Shown here: positions 36,602 through 46,451 of the stretch, piece after piece | Position numbering within the stretch: position 1 is the stretch's first letter | Layout of the letters: every line of letters starts with the position of its first letter | Notes under the pieces: generated by a model | Told to the model about the DNA's origin: nothing | Database searches by the model: none | What the model saw: the letters and a program-made list of their open reading frames with translations, nothing else | Program-made: the position numbers and the translations under genes | Assembly: GCA_900315525.1 (NCBI GenBank) | Contig: OMZO01000013.1 | Span: 2,646-66,645, forward strand | Origin: an uncultured Prevotella sp. | GTDB lineage: Bacteria > Bacteroidota > Bacteroidia > Bacteroidales > Bacteroidaceae | Reading direction: 5' to 3' | DNA length: 64,000 bases

Positions 36602-37624
36602 ATGGCAAAAATCGTAACATTGGGCGAGATTATGCTTCGCCTTTCCCCACAGGGAAACGATCGTTTCATCCAGAGTGAGTCATTCCGCATCATCCCCGGT
36701 GGTGGTGAGGCTAACGTAGCTATCTCAGTAGCCAACTATGGTCACGAGGCTTACTTCGTGTCAAAGCTGCCGAAGCATGAGATTGGCCAGATTGCTGTCA
36801 ACGCTCTGCGCCGCTATGGTGTCAACACAGAGTTCGTGGCTCGTGGTGGTGACCGTGTAGGTCTGTACTATGCTGAGACTGGTGCTTCGATGCGCCCCTC
36901 AAAGGTGATCTACGACCGTGCTCATTCTTCCATCGCAGAGGCTGATCCCTCAGACTTCGATTTCGACAAGATCATGGAAGGTGCTGCCTGGTTCCACTGG
37001 AGCGGTATCACGCCAGCCATCAGCGATAAGGCTGCTGAACTGACAAAGCTCGCCTGCGAGGCTGCCAAGCGTCACGGTGTCACCGTATCTGTCGACCTCA
37101 ACTTCCGCAAGAAGCTGTGGACCTCAGAGAAGGCTATCTCCATCATGCGCCCGCTGATGCAGTATGTAGATGTTTGTATCGGTAACGAGGAGGATGCTGA
37201 GCTCTGCCTTGGCTTCAAGCCCGATGCTGACGTAGAGGGCGGTCAGACCGATGCTGCCGGTTACGAGGGCATCTTCAAGCAGATGATGAAGGAGTTCGGC
37301 TTCAAGTATGTCGTTTCTACACTCCGCGAGAGCTACAGCGCAACCTTCAATGGTTGGAAGGCTCTGATCTACGATGGTAAGGAGTTCTATCAGTCAAAGC
37401 GCTATGAGATCAACCCGATCATCGACCGCGTCGGTGGTGGTGACTCGTTCTCTGGTGGTCTGATCCATGGTCTGCTGACCAAGCCGACACAGGGTGAGGC
37501 TCTTGAGTTTGCTGTGGCTGCTTCTGCCCTGAAGCACACAATCAACGGTGACTTCAACCTGGTATCTGTCGATGAGGTAGAGAGCCTGGCTGGCGGTAAT
37601 GCTAACGGTCGCGTTCAGAGATAA
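36602..37624 (+). CDS. kdgK: 2-dehydro-3-deoxygluconokinase (PfkB family)
   Basis: 340 aa. It has a PfkB N-terminal motif (GGGEANVA) and a C-terminal motif (DRVGGGDSFSGG), and lies next to eda. Confidence 0.85.
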   Translation: MAKIVTLGEIMLRLSPQGNDRFIQSESFRIIPGGGEANVAISVANYGHEAYFVSKLPKHEIGQIAVNALRRYGVNTEFVARGGDRVGLYYAETGASMRPSKVIYDRAHSSIAEADPSDFDFDKIMEGAAWFHWSGITPAISDKAAELTKLACEAAKRHGVTVSVDLNFRKKLWTSEKAISIMRPLMQYVDVCIGNEEDAELCLGFKPDADVEGGQTDAAGYEGIFKQMMKEFGFKYVVSTLRESYSATFNGWKALIYDGKEFYQSKRYEINPIIDRVGGGDSFSGGLIHGLLTKPTQGEALEFAVAASALKHTINGDFNLVSVDEVESLAGGNANGRVQR

Positions 37625-37647
37625 TTGACAATTGATAATTGAGAATT

Positions 37648-38316
37648 ATGGCAAAGTTTGATAAAATCGCAGTATTGAAGAAGATCGGTGATACCGGTAT
37701 GGTGCCCGTATTCTATCATAAGGATCTTGAGACTTGTAAGAATGTGGTAAAGGCTTGCTACGAGGGTGGTGTTCGTGCTTTCGAGTTCACCAATCGTGGC
37801 GACTTTGCTCAGGAGATTTTCGGTGAGTTGGTGAAGTGGGCCGACAAGGAGTGTCCCGAGCTGGCTCTCGGCATCGGTTCTATCGTCGATGCTCCTACCG
37901 CAGCTATGTATATCCAGTTGGGCGCCTGCTTCGTAGTAGGTCCGCTGCTCAATCCTGACATTGCTCCAGTCTGCAACCGTCGTCTCGTTCCCTATTGCCC
38001 GGGCTGTATGACCGTTTCTGAGATCGGTAAGGCTCAGGAGCTGGGTTGCGACCTGACGAAGGTGTTCCCTGGCGACGTGGTCGGACCGAACATGGTGAAG
38101 GGCCTGAAGGCTCCGATGCCTTGGTCGAAGATCATGGTTACCGGCGGTGTCGCTCCCGAGGAGGAGAACCTCCAGAAGTGGTTCAAGGCTGGTGTGTATT
38201 GCGTCGGCATGGGCTCAAAGCTGTTCCCTTCAGACAAGGTGAAGGCCGGCGACTGGCAGTATGTCACCGACAAGTGCAAGGAAGCACTTGGCTATGTGGC
38301 TAAGGCACGCGCTTAA
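37648..38316 (+). CDS. eda: KDPG / 4-hydroxy-2-oxoglutarate aldolase
   Basis: About 222 aa. The motifs VRAFEFTNR and KVFPG are typical of the Eda family. I used ATG 37648 rather than TTG 37639. Confidence 0.85.
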   Translation: MAKFDKIAVLKKIGDTGMVPVFYHKDLETCKNVVKACYEGGVRAFEFTNRGDFAQEIFGELVKWADKECPELALGIGSIVDAPTAAMYIQLGACFVVGPLLNPDIAPVCNRRLVPYCPGCMTVSEIGKAQELGCDLTKVFPGDVVGPNMVKGLKAPMPWSKIMVTGGVAPEEENLQKWFKAGVYCVGMGSKLFPSDKVKAGDWQYVTDKCKEALGYVAKARA

Positions 38317-38329
38317 CTACTGATAAGCC

Positions 38330-38373
38330 TTCCCTCCCGTTGGGTTTCCTGGCGGGAGGGAAATTTGTTTTTT
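38330..38373 (+). terminator. Rho-independent terminator after eda
   Basis: TTCCCTCCCG-loop-CGGGAGGGAA followed by TTTGTTTTTT. The T-tract runs into the start codon of the next gene. Confidence 0.8.
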
Positions 38374-41300
38374 ATGCGGCTCTGGCTAATCATTATATCA
38401 ACCATTCTCTTCTTTTCAGCCTGCTCGCGCCCAGATAGGCAGACCGTTGACAGACTGAATGCCCGTTCCTATGCCTATCACTATCGCAATCTCGACTCTA
38501 CGTCTTCCTATGCCACGCAGGCATGTCTGTTGGCTGACGGCTACGACGCGGGTAGGGCAGAAGCCCTCAACAATCTGGCTTTTGTGGCTATCGTGCGGAT
38601 GCAGTATGACCGTGCCGACAGCCTGCTTTCAGAGGTGACCGCCACCACCGACAATCAGCTTCAGCTGCTGATTGCCTATGTCCAGCAGATGCGCCTCTGT
38701 CAGCGTCGTTCGCGTAATCGTGAGTTCCATGAGTATCGTGCCCTGGCCGATCGTGCCCTCGGCCGTATCCACGAAGAGCGCCCGCTGTTGTCGCCAGCCG
38801 ATGAGCGCCGGTTGCTCTATGCTGAGTCGGAGTATGCCATCGTCAACTCCACCTATTATTATTATGTAGGTCTGGAGCGCCAGTCGATAGCGGCTTTGCG
38901 AGCCATTGATCCCAACGAGGTGATACGCGATACAGCCCAGTTCCTCAACTATCTCTATAACATTGGCGCCGGAGGTATTATCACCGAGGGTACACAACAG
39001 GAGATCAACCAATTAGAGTTCGACCACCTGATGCGCTGTTTCCTGCTCGCCAGGAAAGGCGACTATCCCTTCTTCGCCGCAAATGCTATCGAGGCTCTTT
39101 CCGAACACTTGATGGTGCCGGAATACCGGGAACGGCTCATTGTCGACAATATGCCTGCGATGAAGTTCTTGGTGGGTGCTGGCAGCAATGACGACGCTCA
39201 TGGACCTGCCGATGTGGATGAGGATATGCTGGCTGGCTATCTGGCAGAGAATTCCCTCTATCTCTTCCAGCGCTATGGCGATGTCTATCAGACGGCGGGT
39301 GCCTATCGTACACTGGCCTCTTGCTTCCGTCAGATCGGTGACTATGAGTCGGCGCTCTTCAATCTTGAGCAGGCGCTTTCCGACTCCGTCATCAACCAAG
39401 CTCCTGACCTTGTGGCCTCTATCCGTGAACAGCTCAGCGTGGCTTATGCAGCTATCGACGACAAGGTGCAGAGCGACTACAATCGTAATCTCTACCTCGA
39501 CCTGCAGGAGACCACCCGTCAGGACCGGCAGTTGGAGGCTCGTGCCAGTCAGTATGAGAAAACGGCCGTCCAGCTTAACATCATGCTGGCTGCTGTTGTC
39601 GTCGCCATCGTGCTGCTGCTGTTCTCCCTGTGGCTCTTCAACCACATGAATCGCCGCCATAGCCATGAGGAACCTGTCGACGATCGCTATGAACAGCGAC
39701 GGGAGGAACTGGCTGCGCTGCGTCTGAGGGTGGAGAATAGTGAGCGCCGCAACCTTGAACAGCGGGCCAAGGTGTCGCTGGTCAACACCATCACGCCTTT
39801 TATCGACCGTATCCGTTACGAGGCTTCACGCCCGGCTCAAGTCACAGCCTCCGGGCATGACTATATCTGTGAACTGACTGATCAGATCAATGAATACAAC
39901 GATGTGCTCACCTATTGGATTCAGTTGCGTCAGGGTGAGCTCAGCCTGCATATCGAGAGCTTCCCGTTGCAAGATCTCTTCGATCTCCTTGCCCGAGGGC
40001 GCACATCGTTCCAGATGAAGGGCATCAACTTCAATGTAGAACCGACCTCAGCCGTCGTGAAGGCCGATCGAGTACTGACACTCTTCATGCTCAACACGAT
40101 GGCCGACAATGCCCGAAAATACACGCCGCAGGGGGGTACTGTCGCTATCAAGGCAAGCGAGACGGCCGACTATGTGGAAGTGACGGTCGAAGATACAGGG
40201 CAGGGGATGACCGACAGCCAGCTGGCGCGTCTCTTCGACGCCAAGCCTATTCGCGACGAGGGTGCGCTGCAGAAGAGTGGTGCCGTAGAGCCTTCCCACG
40301 GTTTTGGCCTCGTCAACTGCAAGGGCATTATCGAGAAGTATCGCAAAATCTCTCAGATCTTTGCCGTTTGCACCATCGGCGCCACTAGTGTGCTGGGTAG
40401 TGGTTCCCGTCTCTTCTTCCGTCTGCCGAAGGGCGTGCTGCGCCTGTTGCTGGTGCTGCTGATGGGGGCTGGTAGCCTGATGCCTATTACCACTCACGCC
40501 CAGACCGGCAAGCGACCCACTTCGAAGATGGTGACTGCCGTGCCACAGACCGATCCGCTGGCCCGGGCCAACGCCTATGCCGACTCCGCCTATTTCTCCA
40601 ACATCAACGGCACCTACCGCCGAACGCTGCGTTTCGCTGACTCCTGCCGGCAATGCCTGAATGAGCACTATCGCCAGCAGTATCCGCGGGGGCGCTATTT
40701 CCTGCGCAAGATGGGGAACCCCTCATTGATAGCGCCAGAGATCAAGTGGTTCCACGACAGCGTCAGCACCAACTATCACATCATCCTCGACATGCGCAAT
40801 GAGAGTGCCGTTGCGGCGCTGGCCCTCCACGAGTGGCAGCTCTATAGCTATAACAACCGCATCTACACGCAACTCTTCAAGGAGATGTCGGCCGACAATA
40901 CGCTGGGCAACTATTGCCTGACGATGCAGCAGTCGCAGACCAACAAGACGATTGCCGTCATCCTGCTGGTGCTGCTCCTCGTGGCCATCGTGCCGGCCTA
41001 CTATCTGCTCTACTACCGCCATCGCCTCTACGACCGGTTCCTGCGCGAACAGCAGCACATGACCGATATGGAGCTGCTCGACGACGAACTGCGGAAGGCA
41101 GAACTCGAGGAAAACAGCCTTCACGTATCGAATGCCGTGCTCGACAACTGCCTCTCCACGCTGAAGCACGAGACGATGTACTATCCCAGCCGTATCCGTC
41201 AGTTGCTGGAAGCCGGTGATATAGAGTCGCTCGCCGAGGTCACCGACTACTATCGCGAACTCTATGGCGTGCTCAGTCTGCAGGCCATGCACCAGGTGGA

Positions 41301-41673
41301 ACATACCCGTCTCCATCTGCGTCATCTCGATGGCGGTATCCTCGGCGACGAGACCTTAATACGCTACCTCTTTGAACTGCTTCGCAAACAGTCGGGAGAG
41401 CGCAAGCCCGCCACCACCTTCACCCCGCAGGGACAATATGTCGAGGTGCGGATGGCGATGCCTGCCCTCAAGCTGACTGCCGACGAGGCTGAGGCGCTCT
41501 TCACACCTTCGCGCGATCATATTCCCTATCTGCTCTGCCGCCAGATTGTGCGCGATCATGGTGAGGTCACCAATAGGCGTGGCTGTGGCATCAGGGCAGA
41601 AGTGGGCAGCGACGGACTCACCACGGTTATCGTCACCCTCCCTGCCAGCAGTCAACCCAATGTCAAATCATAA
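38374..41673 (+). CDS. Large fused membrane sensor: lipoprotein/TPR-like N-domain, TM, HATPase_c module, internal signal-like segment, TM, then an H-box module. It resembles the adjacent DUF5112 and DUF5113 proteins of Bacteroidales joined in one ORF
   Basis: MRLWLIIISTILFFSAC is lipobox-like. The N-box is NTMADNARKYTP, G1 is EDTGQGM, G2 is GHGFGL. The later H-box-like segment is LSTLKHETMYYPSRI. Three or more hydrophobic segments are present. The DUF names are from memory. Confidence 0.7.
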   Translation: MRLWLIIISTILFFSACSRPDRQTVDRLNARSYAYHYRNLDSTSSYATQACLLADGYDAGRAEALNNLAFVAIVRMQYDRADSLLSEVTATTDNQLQLLIAYVQQMRLCQRRSRNREFHEYRALADRALGRIHEERPLLSPADERRLLYAESEYAIVNSTYYYYVGLERQSIAALRAIDPNEVIRDTAQFLNYLYNIGAGGIITEGTQQEINQLEFDHLMRCFLLARKGDYPFFAANAIEALSEHLMVPEYRERLIVDNMPAMKFLVGAGSNDDAHGPADVDEDMLAGYLAENSLYLFQRYGDVYQTAGAYRTLASCFRQIGDYESALFNLEQALSDSVINQAPDLVASIREQLSVAYAAIDDKVQSDYNRNLYLDLQETTRQDRQLEARASQYEKTAVQLNIMLAAVVVAIVLLLFSLWLFNHMNRRHSHEEPVDDRYEQRREELAALRLRVENSERRNLEQRAKVSLVNTITPFIDRIRYEASRPAQVTASGHDYICELTDQINEYNDVLTYWIQLRQGELSLHIESFPLQDLFDLLARGRTSFQMKGINFNVEPTSAVVKADRVLTLFMLNTMADNARKYTPQGGTVAIKASETADYVEVTVEDTGQGMTDSQLARLFDAKPIRDEGALQKSGAVEPSHGFGLVNCKGIIEKYRKISQIFAVCTIGATSVLGSGSRLFFRLPKGVLRLLLVLLMGAGSLMPITTHAQTGKRPTSKMVTAVPQTDPLARANAYADSAYFSNINGTYRRTLRFADSCRQCLNEHYRQQYPRGRYFLRKMGNPSLIAPEIKWFHDSVSTNYHIILDMRNESAVAALALHEWQLYSYNNRIYTQLFKEMSADNTLGNYCLTMQQSQTNKTIAVILLVLLLVAIVPAYYLLYYRHRLYDRFLREQQHMTDMELLDDELRKAELEENSLHVSNAVLDNCLSTLKHETMYYPSRIRQLLEAGDIESLAEVTDYYRELYGVLSLQAMHQVEHTRLHLRHLDGGILGDETLIRYLFELLRKQSGERKPATTFTPQGQYVEVRMAMPALKLTADEAEALFTPSRDHIPYLLCRQIVRDHGEVTNRRGCGIRAEVGSDGLTTVIVTLPASSQPNVKS

Positions 41674-41686
41674 AACATCATCAGAT

Positions 41687-42406
41687 ATGGAGAATTTTAA
41701 AGTCATTATCGTTGAGGATGTGCCCCTCGAACTCAAAGGCACCCTTGGCATTATCCGTACCGACATCCCTGAAGCCGAGGTCATCGGAACGGCAGAGAAC
41801 GAGCCTGCTTATTGGAAACTCATCAAGCAGCAGACCCCCGACCTCGTGCTGCTCGACCTTGGACTTGGCGGCTCCACCACCGTCGGTGTCGAGATCTGCC
41901 GTCGCACCAAGGAACAGTATCCCCAGGTGAAGGTGCTCATCTTCACGGGCGAGATCCTCAACGAGAAGCTCTGGGTCGATGTGCTCGACGCTGGAGCCGA
42001 CGGCATCATCCTCAAGACCGGTGAACTGCTCACGCGCCGTGATGTGGCTGCCGTGATGGACGGCAAGCAACTCGTGTTCAACGAACCCATCCTCGAGAAG
42101 ATCGTGGAGCGCTTCAAGGCTGCCGTCAGCGGACAACTCGTCAAGCAGGAGGCCGTGGTCAACTACGAGATCGACGAGTACGACGAACGCTTCCTGCGCC
42201 ACCTCGCCCTCGGCTATACCAAGGAGCAGATCACCAACCTGCGCGGCATGCCCTTCGGCGTGAAGAGCCTCGAGAAGCGTCAGAACGAACTCATCCAGAA
42301 ACTGTTCCCCGAAGGCAGCACAGGCATCAACGCTACGCGCCTCGTCGTGCGTGCCCTCGAACTGCGCGTGCTCGATATCGACAACCTGCAGCCAGATGAA
42401 GACTAA
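41687..42406 (+). CDS. Response regulator with a LuxR-type HTH output domain
   Basis: The receiver domain is MENFKVIIVEDVPLE...PDLVLLDLGLGG (acceptor Asp context). The C-terminal segment LALGYTKEQITNLRGMPFGVKSLEKRQNELIQKL resembles a LuxR HTH. The start is trimmed to ATG 41687. Confidence 0.8.
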   Translation: MENFKVIIVEDVPLELKGTLGIIRTDIPEAEVIGTAENEPAYWKLIKQQTPDLVLLDLGLGGSTTVGVEICRRTKEQYPQVKVLIFTGEILNEKLWVDVLDAGADGIILKTGELLTRRDVAAVMDGKQLVFNEPILEKIVERFKAAVSGQLVKQEAVVNYEIDEYDERFLRHLALGYTKEQITNLRGMPFGVKSLEKRQNELIQKLFPEGSTGINATRLVVRALELRVLDIDNLQPDED

Positions 42407-43001
42407 GTCGGACGACCTGCTCGGTGGTGCGGCGCTCACTCTGCTGGTGGCTCACGCTGTGCTCATCATCCTCTCATGGCTCCTTTCAGCCATGGGACAG
42501 GAGGATGTGCGCTCGTTGCTTTCCTCCGAGGGCATCCGCTGGTTTGTCGGTTCCTTCTCGGCGATGACGGCCTCCCCGTTGCTGGTGTGGCTGTTGCTGC
42601 TGCTCTCAGCTGCCGGTTGCGTCAGGCAGAGTGGGGTAGCGTCGCTGTGGGGACACCACCGCTCGCTCACCTATCGCGAGCGTATCGCCCTTCGCGTGGC
42701 CCTGTTCTTCCTCGTGGGCTATGTCGTCATCGTCGGCCTGCTCACGCTGGTGCCCCACGCCATCCTGCTCTCCGCCACGGGTCAGCTCTTCCCTTCCGCC
42801 TTCAGCCGCAGCCTCCTGCCCATCGTTGCCTTCGGTGTCTGCCTCTTCTCAGTAGCCTATGGCGTGATGGCAGGCCGACTCCGTTCGCTGGGCGACGTGC
42901 TTCACTCACTATCTTTTGGTATCGCCCGCGGGGCCTCGTTGGTCATTTTATACTTTCTGCTAATCCAATTCTATGAGTCGCTGAGGTTTGTCTTCGGATA
43001 A
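42396..43001 (+). CDS. Hypothetical integral membrane protein (about 201 aa, 4-5 TM), last gene of the sensor operon
   Basis: ATG 42396 overlaps the regulator stop by 11 nt. The segment LLSSEGIRWFVGSF faintly resembles the N-terminal region of AbgT-type transporters. Confidence 0.6.
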   Translation: MKTKSDDLLGGAALTLLVAHAVLIILSWLLSAMGQEDVRSLLSSEGIRWFVGSFSAMTASPLLVWLLLLLSAAGCVRQSGVASLWGHHRSLTYRERIALRVALFFLVGYVVIVGLLTLVPHAILLSATGQLFPSAFSRSLLPIVAFGVCLFSVAYGVMAGRLRSLGDVLHSLSFGIARGASLVILYFLLIQFYESLRFVFG

Positions 43002-43041
43002 ACCCCCATTTTTAGGTATTGTGTAGCCCGCCATTTCTTTT

Positions 43042-43049
43042 TACCTTTG
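43042..43049 (+). promoter_or_regulatory. -7 promoter box TACCTTTG for fldA
   Basis: Matches TAnnTTTG, 39 nt upstream of ATG 43088. Confidence 0.5.
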
Positions 43050-43087
43050 CACCCGGAAATTTCAACCAAAACAAAGATACTAAAGAA

Positions 43088-43582
43088 ATGAATAAGACTA
43101 TTGTAGTTTTCGGTTCCTCCACAGGAACATGCGAGGCCATCGCAGAGAAGATAGCTTCGAAGCTTGGTGCAGAAGTCATCAACGTACAGGATCTGACTGC
43201 CGATGTGGTAGCAGACAATCAGAATCTCATTCTCGGCACCTCTACCTGGGGCGCAGGCGAGTTGCAGGACGACTGGTACGACGGTCTGCGAGTGCTCCAG
43301 GGAGCCGATCTCAGCGGCAAGACGATTGCCCTCTTCGGCTGTGGTGACTGTGAGTCGTACGGCGACACCTTCGTGGGCGGCATGGGTGAGCTTTACGACG
43401 GCATCAAGTCGAGTGGCGCCCGGTTTGTAGGAGCCGTATCTATCGACGGCTATACCTTCGACGATTCGGCAGCCGTGGTCGACGGCGCCTTTGTGGGCCT
43501 TGCCCTCGACGATGTCAATGAAGATGATAAGACCGACGATCGTATCGATGCGTGGGTCGCACAAATTTCGCCAGAGCTATGA
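43088..43582 (+). CDS. fldA: Flavodoxin (long-chain)
   Basis: MNKTIVVFGSSTGTCEAIA...LGTSTWGAGELQDDW is a flavodoxin FMN-binding signature. Length is 164 aa. Confidence 0.9.
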   Translation: MNKTIVVFGSSTGTCEAIAEKIASKLGAEVINVQDLTADVVADNQNLILGTSTWGAGELQDDWYDGLRVLQGADLSGKTIALFGCGDCESYGDTFVGGMGELYDGIKSSGARFVGAVSIDGYTFDDSAAVVDGAFVGLALDDVNEDDKTDDRIDAWVAQISPEL

Positions 43583-43935
43583 TTACGCCGTTAGAGATGA
43601 AAGTGCTGATGAACCACATCTACGAATACCAGAAAGGTGTTCGCCAGATGGTTCTGTTCACCTGTCCGAAGAGATATGAAGAGTATGCCACGCAGCGCTT
43701 GCAGAGCCAGCATATCGAGTATGTGTTGCAGCCGGCGGGCAAGAACAATCTCAATCTCTATTTCGGCCGCAAGGAGTGTCTCGACGCCATCCGCCTCATC
43801 GTGACGCGTCCGCTCAACGAGCTGACGCCCGAGGAGGATTTCATACTCGGCACGATGCTGGGTTACGACCTCTGTGCCCAGTGCCAGCGCTTCTGCCAGC
43901 GCAAGTGCCGCAAAGTTCAAAACATGAGTTCATAA
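43579..43935 (+). CDS. DUF2023-like small protein, translationally coupled to flavodoxin
   Basis: MITPLEMKVLMNHIYEYQKGVRQMVLFT... The ATG overlaps the fldA stop (ATGA). The C-terminus is Cys-rich (CAQCQRFCQRKC). Confidence 0.65.
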   Translation: MITPLEMKVLMNHIYEYQKGVRQMVLFTCPKRYEEYATQRLQSQHIEYVLQPAGKNNLNLYFGRKECLDAIRLIVTRPLNELTPEEDFILGTMLGYDLCAQCQRFCQRKCRKVQNMSS

Positions 43936-43963
43936 GGTATTTGTTTAGTTTAATTAATGATGA

Positions 43964-43997
43964 AGAGGGACCTGCCGTGACGGTAAGTCCCTCTTTC
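43964..43997. terminator. Hairpin terminator between convergent genes
   Basis: AGAGGGAC...GTCCCTCT followed by TTT. Confidence 0.6.
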
Positions 43998-44023
43998 GCA
44001 TAAGCAAAGGGCGCAATGGTATC

Positions 44024-46330
44024 CTATTCGATTTCCGACCCTCTTGCCGCGATAACCGATAATCTTTTCTTCTTGACATCGCGGCTATTAGGACCTATCA
44101 TAATATCAAAGTCGCCCGGTTCGATCACATCATTGAGATGATAATCATAGAATCTCAAAAGGTCAGAGGTAATCTTGAAGGTAACAGTCTGCGTCTCACC
44201 AGCATTCAGATGAATGCGCTGAAAACCCTTCAGTTCCTTGACAGGACGGCTGATAGAGCCTACAACATCGCGAATATAGAGTTGTACCACTTCGTCAGCA
44301 TCGTAGCGACCCGTATTCTTTATCGTTACCGAGGCGGTGATGGTTCCATCAGTCTTCATCTGGTCACTACTTAGTGTCACATCGCTATACTCAAATGTGG
44401 TATACGAAAGACCGTAGCCAAAGGGGTAGAGCGGTTCGTTACGTACATCGAGGTAATTGCTCTGGAACTTAGCGAACTTCTGAGTGTTCTCCTCTACCGG
44501 ACGTCCTGTGTTCAGGTGATTATAATAGATGGGTATCTGTCCCATATTCTGAGGCATCGACATCGTGAGTTTGCCTGATGGCGACTTATCGCCAAATAGC
44601 ACATCACAGACAGCATCGCCCGTTTCAGAGCCTGCAAACCATACATTTAGAATGGCCGGCACATGTTGCTGTTCCCAAGAAAGAATCGTGGGGCGTCCAG
44701 CAAAGTTGAGCAGCACAAGTGGTTTGCCCAGCCTTAGCAGTTCATCCAAAAGCTCACGTTGAACATCAAACAACTCCAGATTGCTGCGACTGGAGCACTC
44801 GCCACTCATTTCCTGCAACTCACCCATAGCACACACGATAACATCAGCCTTACGGGCCGTTTCGAGCGCCTGCAACCTCATTTGGGCATCGTCGCCGCGA
44901 GGAATGGTGCGATAGAAAGAGCCATCAGCCTGTAGCACTGAGTCACGACAGATATTACAGCCTTGAGCATAGAGCAAGGTGGCCTGCCCTTGGAGTGCGT
45001 GCTGCATACCCTCTCGCAGGGTTGGATACTGGTAAGTGGCAGTAGGTGCCCATGAGCCGGGGATGTTGCTCTTTGTGTCGGCCAGAGGGCCAATGAGGGC
45101 AATGGTGCCTTCCTTCTTGAGCGGAAGGAGATGGTCGTTCTTCAATAATACAAAAGTCTCGGCAGCCAGGTTCCGGGCAGCCTGACGATGCTCAGCGGTA
45201 TAGATATCAGTGGCCCGTCGCGACTTGTCGCAATACCGATAGGGATCGGCAAAGAGCCCAAGTTTATATTTGGCTTCGAGTATGCGTCGGCAAGCCTGGT
45301 CGATATCGGCCATTGTAACCTTGCCTTCTTCAAGTGATTTTTCGAGCGTAGCTGTGAAAGCCTCCGAGCACATGTCCATATCGGTGCCGGCCTTCAAGGC
45401 CAATGCTGCCACCTCTTGCTGATTGCCAAGTCCGTGATTCATCATCTCGTTGATGGCACCATAGTCGGTAACCACAAAGCCGTCGAACTTCCATTGCTGG
45501 CGCAGCACATCCGTCAGCAGCCATCGGTTTGCTGTGGCAGGTATATAGTCAACCGTGTTGAACGATGACATGACGCTTCCCACGCCAGCCTCGACGGCTG
45601 CCTTATAGGGTGGGAAATACTGGTTGTACATGCGGATACGACTCATGTCAACCGTGTTATAATCGCGTCCTGCCTCTGATCCACCGTAGAGGGCATAATG
45701 CTTAAGGCAGGCCATGATCTGATCACGGCGCGAGAGATCGCCCTGGTAGCCCCTTACCATAGCCTCGGCGATGCGTGAACCCAGGAACGGGTCTTCGCCA
45801 GCACCCTCAGCCACACGGCCCCAACGAGGATCAATACTGATATCAACCATCGGACTGTAAGTCCAGCAAAGTCCATCGGCAGAGGCTTCCTTGGCTGCTA
45901 TGCGGGCACTCTGTTCGATGGCAGGAATATCCCACGAACAGGCCAGTGCCAAAGGGATTGGGAATATCGTTTCATAGCCGTGGATGACATCCATGCCGAA
46001 GATAAGCGGTATGCCCAGTCGCGACTCTTCGACCGCCATTTTCTGGACTTTCAGGATGTTATCTACCCCCTTCAGATTGAGAATAGCACCCAAGCGCCCT
46101 TGACGAATCGCTTCACTCACAGAGCTGTTATCTGAGATACCCGTTTGGATATCACCCGACGGCAGTAGGTTCAGCTGTCCGATTTTCTCCTGAACAGTCA
46201 TTTTACCCATGAGTTCACTCACAAACTCATTCATTGGCTTTAGCGGCTGCTGCGCTTTCTTCTTGTTATTTGCGGCGATCCCCATCGTAACAATGAGCGA
46301 CATCACCATCAGTAATGCTAATCTCTTCAT
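44024..46330 (-). CDS. bglX: GH3 beta-glucosidase (BglX-like), secreted
   Basis: 768 aa with a signal peptide. It has GH3 motifs (KHYALYGG, GFVVTDYGA with the nucleophile Asp context) and a C-terminal FnIII-like domain. Confidence 0.9.
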   Translation of the reverse strand: MKRLALLMVMSLIVTMGIAANNKKKAQQPLKPMNEFVSELMGKMTVQEKIGQLNLLPSGDIQTGISDNSSVSEAIRQGRLGAILNLKGVDNILKVQKMAVEESRLGIPLIFGMDVIHGYETIFPIPLALACSWDIPAIEQSARIAAKEASADGLCWTYSPMVDISIDPRWGRVAEGAGEDPFLGSRIAEAMVRGYQGDLSRRDQIMACLKHYALYGGSEAGRDYNTVDMSRIRMYNQYFPPYKAAVEAGVGSVMSSFNTVDYIPATANRWLLTDVLRQQWKFDGFVVTDYGAINEMMNHGLGNQQEVAALALKAGTDMDMCSEAFTATLEKSLEEGKVTMADIDQACRRILEAKYKLGLFADPYRYCDKSRRATDIYTAEHRQAARNLAAETFVLLKNDHLLPLKKEGTIALIGPLADTKSNIPGSWAPTATYQYPTLREGMQHALQGQATLLYAQGCNICRDSVLQADGSFYRTIPRGDDAQMRLQALETARKADVIVCAMGELQEMSGECSSRSNLELFDVQRELLDELLRLGKPLVLLNFAGRPTILSWEQQHVPAILNVWFAGSETGDAVCDVLFGDKSPSGKLTMSMPQNMGQIPIYYNHLNTGRPVEENTQKFAKFQSNYLDVRNEPLYPFGYGLSYTTFEYSDVTLSSDQMKTDGTITASVTIKNTGRYDADEVVQLYIRDVVGSISRPVKELKGFQRIHLNAGETQTVTFKITSDLLRFYDYHLNDVIEPGDFDIMIGPNSRDVKKKRLSVIAARGSEIE

Positions 46331-46351
46331 AAATGGTCATTATTATGGATG

Positions 46352-46359
46352 CAAATATA
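46352..46359 (-). promoter_or_regulatory. -7 promoter box TATATTTG for bglX
   Basis: Plus-strand CAAATATA, 22 nt upstream of ATG 46330. Confidence 0.5.
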
Positions 46360-46451
46360 GTGTTTTTACAGCAATTCTTGCTACTTTGCAGCAAAAATTA
46401 AGTCTATTTAGGTATTCAGTGGTACTAGCCGAGGTGGACAAAAGAAGAAAC

